From NCBI GenBank assembly GCA_046483495.1, contig JAWODC010000076.1:1-64000 (forward strand): a DNA stretch of 64,000 nucleotides, given 5' to 3'. This DNA is from Desulfobacterales bacterium (GTDB lineage: Bacteria > Desulfobacterota > Desulfobacteria > Desulfobacterales > UBA5616). Each line of letters opens with the position of its first letter. The stretch's first letter is position 1. Made by a program: the position numbers and the translations under genes. The notes below the pieces were generated by a model. It made no database searches. It had not been told where the DNA came from and saw nothing but the letters and a program-made list of their open reading frames with translations. Positions 57,708 to 64,000 of the stretch are shown in pieces.

Positions 57708-59734
57708 TAGGGCATGCGGACTTCGACTGTTTCCTTGTCCAGCTCCGTAATTTCTTTTCCGTCGGATGTGAAATATATTTTGACGGTCCCTCGCCTGGTT
57801 TTGCTTTCCTCGGGCACTTCTATCCCCATTTGCTTCAAAATTTCCGGCGGAACAGCCGAACGTTTACTCTTTTCCGTAAGAATGGTCTCGAGATAAACGG
57901 GATTTTGCCACAAAGCAAACAACGCCCGAAGGGTATCTTCCATCTCATCCCGCTTCAAGTCCGCCCCTTCATGCCGGTGTTTGAGGTAGAGGCCGGTACC
58001 GCGTTTTTCGGTCTTGTTTTTCGACCATGCATATTGGGCGTTGACAATTTCGATGACCGGCTCTCCTCGATTAAAGAGTGTAAACAACAGCTTTTTTTTG
58101 ACGCCCTCGAATTCAGCGGCATCAACCCCCCAGTGGTCGGGAGAAACACCCCCACCGCCGGCCCGATAGCTGAACATCGGTGACTTCTCAAACAATTCCG
58201 GGGTAAAAAATTCGCTTATCAATGAAAAATCATTGATTCGCCTGCGTATTTCAAATATTTTCCGCCTTCCCTGTCCCAGAAGGACCTTTCCCGGATACTT
58301 CCCGGCTGCGGCAAAAAACTCATCGGGAATACGATCGGCATCGTTTTTAAACGTATTTTCCTCCCATGCCTTCTTGAGGTCGACCAATATCCGGCACCAT
58401 CTCCGATCGCTTTTGATTTCTTCCGCCAAATGGGAGGATTCATTTTGCGCATATTCTCGTTCCAACCGAATCCATTCGGCCTCGCATTCCCGGTATTCAC
58501 ACCACCACCTTACACGTTTCTCTCTCTCGTAGAGATCTTTTGGAAAGCCCCACAGGCCGTTCTTGCAGGCATGTTTGAAAAAGCACCATTGCGCCCACTT
58601 GTCCTGGATATCGTTTGGATTTTCTTCGTAGATATTTTTAAAAACCACGAAATCATCCCAACTTGCATCGTTTTCCATCATGCTTCGGCAGTTTTCCCAA
58701 AGAAGACCGTGCCTGCCGCTGTCCCATCGATATTCGATATCTCTGTAAATCAACAAACCCAGCTTATAGGGGTTGAAGCCCGGGCTCCCAAGGGTCCCGG
58801 CATTGTGCTGAGCGTAATCGACAATTTCCGCCTGTGATGCAAGCCCCCTCTTCACCATCAGCTGGGAATGCCAGTATGCGGCCCATCCTTCGTTTGCAAT
58901 TTTCGTCTTTGCCTGGGGAAGGAAATAGTAGCTCTCCTGCCGTATAATGTCCAAAACATCGCGCTGCCATTTCTCGAGCGGGGCATACCGGAGAAGAAAC
59001 AGCAGAATATCACGCACCGGTTTGGCGGGAAAACGCAATCCGGTACGGGCCTCCCGTTGCCTTTCTTCCCGATGCTTTTCTCTTTGGGCCTGCAATTCAA
59101 TCCAATCCGGTGGATTGATAAATTCGTCCAGATAAGGCAGGTCCGATTTGAATCGAAACGGCTGCTCCCCTCGTTTCAATCCGGTTCGTTCGCCTTTGCT
59201 GCGCGGATTCTTTTCCCTGTATGCTTCCATATAGGGCATTCTGGAGTCGATGAGATTGTCGATTTTCATGCAGTCGGTAATGAAATCGTCCACCGCGGTT
59301 TGGCCGTATTCTTTCCGGTATCTCTCGATGCGTTCGGAAGCGCCCCGGGAACTGGCCAGCATGTTGCGGTCGGTGGGGGCGAACCAGGCGTTGTTTTTAA
59401 AAAAATCGACATGTGCAAACACATGCGCCATGACCATTTTTTGGTCGACCAGTTTATTTTCTTCCAGCAAGTAGGCCAATGCCGGATCGGCATTGATGAC
59501 CATTTCATATATTTTGCTCAGACCATACGTAAAGCTTTTGCGCATGTTGATGTATGATTCTCCGAATTTCCAGTGGGAATAATGATCCGGAAAGCCATGG
59601 TAGCTTGCCACCTCCGCCATAATGTCCCAGTCGACAACGTCGAAAATCGTCGGAAAGAAATCGAGCCCCTGCCGCCGTGCAACTGCTTCGATCTTTACCT
59701 GCCATTGGTTTAGCTCTTCGGTTATGACCGTCAT
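57704..59734 (-). CDS. spoVR: SpoVR/YcgB family protein with large insertion
   Basis: YSHWKFG, IYEMVIN.P..AYL, VMAHVFAHVDFFKNN, TKIANEGWAAYWH, NPYKLG. Confidence 0.92.
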   Translation of the reverse strand: MTVITEELNQWQVKIEAVARRQGLDFFPTIFDVVDWDIMAEVASYHGFPDHYSHWKFGESYINMRKSFTYGLSKIYEMVINADPALAYLLEENKLVDQKMVMAHVFAHVDFFKNNAWFAPTDRNMLASSRGASERIERYRKEYGQTAVDDFITDCMKIDNLIDSRMPYMEAYREKNPRSKGERTGLKRGEQPFRFKSDLPYLDEFINPPDWIELQAQREKHREERQREARTGLRFPAKPVRDILLFLLRYAPLEKWQRDVLDIIRQESYYFLPQAKTKIANEGWAAYWHSQLMVKRGLASQAEIVDYAQHNAGTLGSPGFNPYKLGLLIYRDIEYRWDSGRHGLLWENCRSMMENDASWDDFVVFKNIYEENPNDIQDKWAQWCFFKHACKNGLWGFPKDLYEREKRVRWWCEYRECEAEWIRLEREYAQNESSHLAEEIKSDRRWCRILVDLKKAWEENTFKNDADRIPDEFFAAAGKYPGKVLLGQGRRKIFEIRRRINDFSLISEFFTPELFEKSPMFSYRAGGGGVSPDHWGVDAAEFEGVKKKLLFTLFNRGEPVIEIVNAQYAWSKNKTEKRGTGLYLKHRHEGADLKRDEMEDTLRALFALWQNPVYLETILTEKSKRSAVPPEILKQMGIEVPEESKTRRGTVKIYFTSDGKEITELDKETVEVRMPY

Positions 59735-60909
59735 CTCAAACCACCTGTTTTCTTTTTGCCGAAAAATTCCGTCAATGCCGTCCACGCGTCATTCCGCTCT
59801 TTCAACGACACGTAAACCACATTGGGATTGCGTATAAACTCCAAGGCGATCCGCCTGCCGAAAAATCCCGGTGAAGAAAAACCTTCGGATACTTCTCTCC
59901 TGTACCACGACCGCCACGCGGGTTGAACCTCTCCGTAGCAATACTGGTTGCTGAACGGAAGGATTTTTTCCTTGATCAATCGAATAACGAGGTTGTTGTC
60001 CATCTCCCAATTCATGCCGTCCGAAAAATAGACGGGATAAATATTCCAATCTTCCGGAGAATATCTGTCTCCGACAATTTTTACCAGAAGCTGATGTGCA
60101 CTGGAGGCCTTTGTGCCGCCGTAGCTGTCGGCCATCAGGAATTGTTCCTGGTTCTTCATTTCCTCCGCATTGACATGATGAACGATATAAACGCATTCGA
60201 GTTCATCGTACTGCCGCTTCAAGAGCCCTTCAGCGAAATAACAGAAATAGGATATGATTTCCCGTTCTTCATCCGAAACAGACCCCGATATGTCCCTCAT
60301 AAACGCCAGCATGGCATTGTTCTGCGGGCGGGGAATGGGTTTGGTGGAACGAAAGGACTTGTCTTCCTGTATAGGGATAAGTTTCGGATCGTTCGGATTG
60401 TAATCACCGCTTGCCAGCTGCCGTTGAAGCGCCCGCCGATAAATGCTTCTGGGGCCCCGCTTTATGATAAGCGATTCAGGGCCGACCCGCCGTGCCGATG
60501 ACCAGCGCTGATCCTCGGCGGCAATCGTCTTTTCCCCTTTCTGCCTGAGATTCGGCAGTTCGAGTTCCATCATTTCCATGATTTCTTCTTCAGTGAACTC
60601 AACTTCGAACAATTCACCCGGCTGCTCCCCGGCCTGTTTATCCCCCTGATCCGTTTTCGGATCACCGGTGATCGGCCCGAGATCATCGCCCTGCTTGCCT
60701 TTGCCCGTACCGACACCCCCGAAGTTCGGGCCGTACCGGAATCGGGGAAGGGGCAAATGAAAAAAGCGTATTTTTATGGGCTCTTTTTTGCCCTTGCCGG
60801 GAAGAACCACCCCGCCGGGACGAAGGTATTTCCTGATATCCTGCTTTATTTTGCCCTTCAGCATATCGGTAAACCGCTTTTCGTCTCTGTTGATTCGTCT
60901 TCTTCTCAT
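59731..60909 (-). CDS. yeaH: YeaH/YhbH (DUF444) vWA-like protein
   Basis: PRFRYG, Gly-rich linker, LELPNL, MRDISGS, GGTKASSA, WNIYPVYFSDGMNW. Confidence 0.9.
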   Translation of the reverse strand: MRRRRINRDEKRFTDMLKGKIKQDIRKYLRPGGVVLPGKGKKEPIKIRFFHLPLPRFRYGPNFGGVGTGKGKQGDDLGPITGDPKTDQGDKQAGEQPGELFEVEFTEEEIMEMMELELPNLRQKGEKTIAAEDQRWSSARRVGPESLIIKRGPRSIYRRALQRQLASGDYNPNDPKLIPIQEDKSFRSTKPIPRPQNNAMLAFMRDISGSVSDEEREIISYFCYFAEGLLKRQYDELECVYIVHHVNAEEMKNQEQFLMADSYGGTKASSAHQLLVKIVGDRYSPEDWNIYPVYFSDGMNWEMDNNLVIRLIKEKILPFSNQYCYGEVQPAWRSWYRREVSEGFSSPGFFGRRIALEFIRNPNVVYVSLKERNDAWTALTEFFGKKKTGGLR

Positions 60910-60947
60910 CGTGGTTCCCCCGATTTTCCGACCGGCATTCAACCGGC

Positions 60948-63026
60948 TTACTGCCTCATTTTCCTTCTTTCTTCCTGCCGGGCAAAAAGCCCGCCCACAT
61001 AAATAAGAATTCCGTTTGCACACTCCCCGCAATATCCGTAGCCTTTGATCAGCCGATCCTTGACTTCATTGATTCGCTTCTCCGTATCCTCATCCCTGAC
61101 GGTTTCCACCAGCGACGACAATTTCAGCGTGTCCTTCTGATCTTCAAACAGCTTTCGCCGCAATGCCTTGTGCAGCTTCTCATTTGAATTGGCCCGAAAC
61201 TTTTCTCCTTCCATGGCAAGTGCGCCGATATGGTTCATAATTTCTCTCCGCCAGTCATCCTTCCGGTTTTCGGTGATATCCACTTTTTCTTCAACGGACC
61301 GCATCAGGCGCTCGTCGGGTTCCTCGTCCTTGCCGGTGAAAAAGTTCGCGACCTTTTCTCCCCGGGTATATGCCTTGACGTTGTCGATGTAGTTTGCAAA
61401 CAGTTTCTGGATGGCCTGTTCATCCCCAAGGATCGCCTGCTGAACCTCCTCACGCAGTATTTCGTCGTATTCCTGCTCGACCAAGCCCAGCAAGTCCTTG
61501 CACCTTTGCCGTTCCGCATCGGTAATGGACGTGTGCAGCGCCAGTCCTTCACGAAGCTCTTTGATCAGCATGAAAGAATTCACGCATCGCCCTTCGCTGT
61601 TGATTACCGCATTTGAAATTTTATCCTGTATGTATCTCGGAGAAATTCCGGTGAACCCCTCGTCGGGTTGCTCATCGCGCAGTTTTTTACATACCTCCAG
61701 GGACCAGTTTTCAAGCTCCTGGCCATTGTATAGTTTCATTTTCTGAACGATATCCATACCTTGTTCTTTAGGCTCTTCAAGGTGTGTCAGCACCGACCAC
61801 ATCGCCGCCACCTCGATGGTATGCGGCGCAATATGGCTCTTGATGTTGTCCTGCCGATAATCACGCTCATAGATTTTCATTTCATCGCCCAGACGAATGA
61901 CATATGGCATCGGTATTTGCGTCGTCCGGTCTTTCAATGCCAGCATCATCTCGTTTTTCTCCAGTTTTTTGATATCCGGCGGATTGGTGTGCGAGATAAT
62001 CACCTCGTCGATATCCATATGGCCGAGTTTGCGGGCCTTGATCCGGTGAGCCTGGGAGGCTTCCAGGAGATCGTACAAAAAGGCGACATCCAACTTCAAC
62101 CCCTCGATGAATTCGATGATACCTCGATTGGCTTTTTGAAATTCACCTTCGAAATTGAAGGCCCGGGGGTCGCTTTCCTTGCCATATTCGGCTACGGCCC
62201 TGTAATTCACGTCGCCGGTAAGCTCTGTGGCGTCCTGATCTTTCTCATGTTTCGGCTGCAGGGTTCCGATACAGATACGCCGTTTGTCCGATACGATGAT
62301 CCGCCTGACGCGGACATGGTTTGAAATGATCGTCTTCCAATCACCCTTGTACAATTTCATCAGCCGGTTAAACGCATCATCACACCGCGGGCAGGGATAG
62401 CACCAACTTTCTATTTTCCGCTCCTCTGCAATGGATTTGTTTAATTCCGTAATCGGGTCTACGGCTACGATTCCGTCCGCATACAGCAAGGGCAAAATGT
62501 TGATGGGGTCGCAATGCATCTCGCATTCGATTTCTTCATCATAATCATTTACGAATCCCAGCGCTTTCCGGATCGCTTCATCCGATTTTCTTTCCGCATA
62601 CCACACCGTCCCATACAGCCGGCCTTCATCCTTTTTGGAGTATTCCTCGAGCCCCATTTTCAAAAGATCCACCATGGAGGACTTTGACGAACCCACGGGT
62701 CCCACCAGCAGCAGGATGCGGCGCTCCTGACCGTATCCAAGGGCGGCGCTCTTCAAAACGTTCATGAATTTCATGATACTCCAGTCCAGGCCGTAAATGG
62801 CTTTTCCTTTGGAAAAAGGGTCATCGAAAAAGTTGTAATGAATATATTTGCGACCGTATCGCTGATATTCATTCTGTCCGTAGGTCATGATCATGTCATG
62901 GACCCGCTGAAAGGCGTTGCGTGTCACTTCCGGCGATTTAAGGGCGATATCCAGGTATTGACCGAATCCCAACAGATCGAACTTGTCCTGCGTATCGATA
63001 CTTTTTATTTTATCTAATAATTGCAT
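60948..63026 (-). CDS. prkA: PrkA/YeaG AAA+ family protein
   Basis: ILLLVGPVGSSKS Walker A, SDPRAFNF.GE...ANRG, HIAPHT, GISPRY. Confidence 0.93.
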   Translation of the reverse strand: MQLLDKIKSIDTQDKFDLLGFGQYLDIALKSPEVTRNAFQRVHDMIMTYGQNEYQRYGRKYIHYNFFDDPFSKGKAIYGLDWSIMKFMNVLKSAALGYGQERRILLLVGPVGSSKSSMVDLLKMGLEEYSKKDEGRLYGTVWYAERKSDEAIRKALGFVNDYDEEIECEMHCDPINILPLLYADGIVAVDPITELNKSIAEERKIESWCYPCPRCDDAFNRLMKLYKGDWKTIISNHVRVRRIIVSDKRRICIGTLQPKHEKDQDATELTGDVNYRAVAEYGKESDPRAFNFEGEFQKANRGIIEFIEGLKLDVAFLYDLLEASQAHRIKARKLGHMDIDEVIISHTNPPDIKKLEKNEMMLALKDRTTQIPMPYVIRLGDEMKIYERDYRQDNIKSHIAPHTIEVAAMWSVLTHLEEPKEQGMDIVQKMKLYNGQELENWSLEVCKKLRDEQPDEGFTGISPRYIQDKISNAVINSEGRCVNSFMLIKELREGLALHTSITDAERQRCKDLLGLVEQEYDEILREEVQQAILGDEQAIQKLFANYIDNVKAYTRGEKVANFFTGKDEEPDERLMRSVEEKVDITENRKDDWRREIMNHIGALAMEGEKFRANSNEKLHKALRRKLFEDQKDTLKLSSLVETVRDEDTEKRINEVKDRLIKGYGYCGECANGILIYVGGLFARQEERRKMRQ

Positions 63027-63435
63027 AAATCACCTTCTTTGCATGTTGCGTTTCATAACCTGCCGCCTCAGAAGCCGGATCCGCCGGAGACTACCGCAGG
63101 TCATCGGCCCGTCTTGTCCCGTTCGGCACTTGTTATTGTTTCCGCGCCGTGAGGTGACAAATCACCCTTGCATCCTATGTGTCGAAATAGCGATGAACTG
63201 TTTTAAGAATAAACTCAGTGTCGAGAATGCCCTCCCGGCCCGCCATTTTCCGTACCTTAATAATACTCCGTACTGTTTTGCCGCGGTATCAGGAAACCCA
63301 GTATTTTTTTTAGGATATATCCGAGGACCTGAAGACGAGGTCCGGTGATGCCGCCGGCTATTTTGCGTCAAAAAAAGCATTGTATTGCGTGAAAAAATCC
63401 CCTATTTTAACATTTACAAAAGCGGCACGTCGCTG

Positions 63436-63451
63436 CTGAATCGATTCAAAT
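63436..63451. promoter_or_regulatory. Second copy of the candidate operator
   Basis: CTGAATCGATTCAAAT is the exact reverse complement of 27684-27699. Confidence 0.5.
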
Positions 63452-63628
63452 GGATATGTACCTCACCGGTCACCCCCGTACTGCGGTCCGGGCCGATTGA
63501 TTTGCATTATCGAACATGATTCTTTATCAAACCGAACACGCGGTGCTCTCAAGCGGACACTCGCGACACCGCTGCTAATAATAATTTCAATCGGTTATAA
63601 GAAAAAACGGACAAGAAGAGGTGAAACC

Positions 63629-64000
63629 ATGCCAATCGAATCCATTGATCGGGTCCTTTTGCATTATGAAAAAGCCGGAACCGGCAAAACCCTTGTATTT
63701 CTTCACGGCTACACCGGAAGCACACGGGACTGGGACCATCAGGCCTCCCCGTTTTCCAAGCGGTACCAGACCATCGCCGTCGATCACAGGGGACACGGCA
63801 AAAGCAGTGCACCCCCTACGGAATCGGACTACTCCATTGACCGGTTCAGCGAAGATGTATACGCGCTCTTGGAAAAGCTCGGCATAGATAATTGCTGCCT
63901 GATCGGTCATTCCATGGGCGGGTTTATGTCGCTGCAGTTTGTACTGGATCATCCCGATAGGGTTGCAGCGCTTGTACTGGTGGATACCTCGAGTGGCGAA
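63629..64000 (+). CDS. Alpha/beta hydrolase (runs off the window end)
   Basis: Manual translation MPIESIDRVLLHYEKAGTGKTLVFLHGYTG...VDHRGHGKS...GHSMGG. Missing from the ORF track because it has no stop in the window. Confidence 0.9.
   Translation, partial: MPIESIDRVLLHYEKAGTGKTLVFLHGYTGSTRDWDHQASPFSKRYQTIAVDHRGHGKSSAPPTESDYSIDRFSEDVYALLEKLGIDNCCLIGHSMGGFMSLQFVLDHPDRVAALVLVDTSSGE

Noticed and set aside
63587..63952. ORF-track calls at the window end
   Set aside because: The real gene is an alpha/beta hydrolase in another frame, starting at 63629.

Overview
Metabolically rich stretch of an anaerobic bacterial chromosome; gene content and repeat style suggest a sulfate-reducing Desulfobacterales-like deltaproteobacterium (inference). 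Left to right: (1) the right junction (attR; tRNA-Leu(CAA) 3' fragment) of an island lying outside the window; (2) an operon of extended SDR, SDR and an unclassified glycyl-radical enzyme with no activase in the window, converging on an SCP2-like gene; (3) DksA-family and SDR genes, then a fluoride riboswitch upstream of a cation/H+ antiporter; (4) an HUH/Y1 transposase bracketed by perfect 27-bp inverted repeats; (5) a trans-envelope signalling cassette (small secreted Cys-Trp protein, CHASE2 class III cyclase with a degenerate active site, FecR-TPR-beta-barrel protein); (6) hydantoinase/oxoprolinase AB, a BbsEF-like CoA-transferase pair, HTHP and a QueG/RdhA-like Fe-S protein; (7) a CoA-ligase/thiolase/OB-fold/two-OYE/ETF/membrane Fe-S oxidoreductase catabolic operon and a ThDP-enzyme cluster; (8) prkA-yeaH-spoVR. 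At least six ~140-150 nt palindromic interspersed elements share a core with compensatory base changes, and three of them sit on stop codons. No rRNA, intact tRNA or CRISPR array was seen. All annotation is by eye from motifs; no searches were run.
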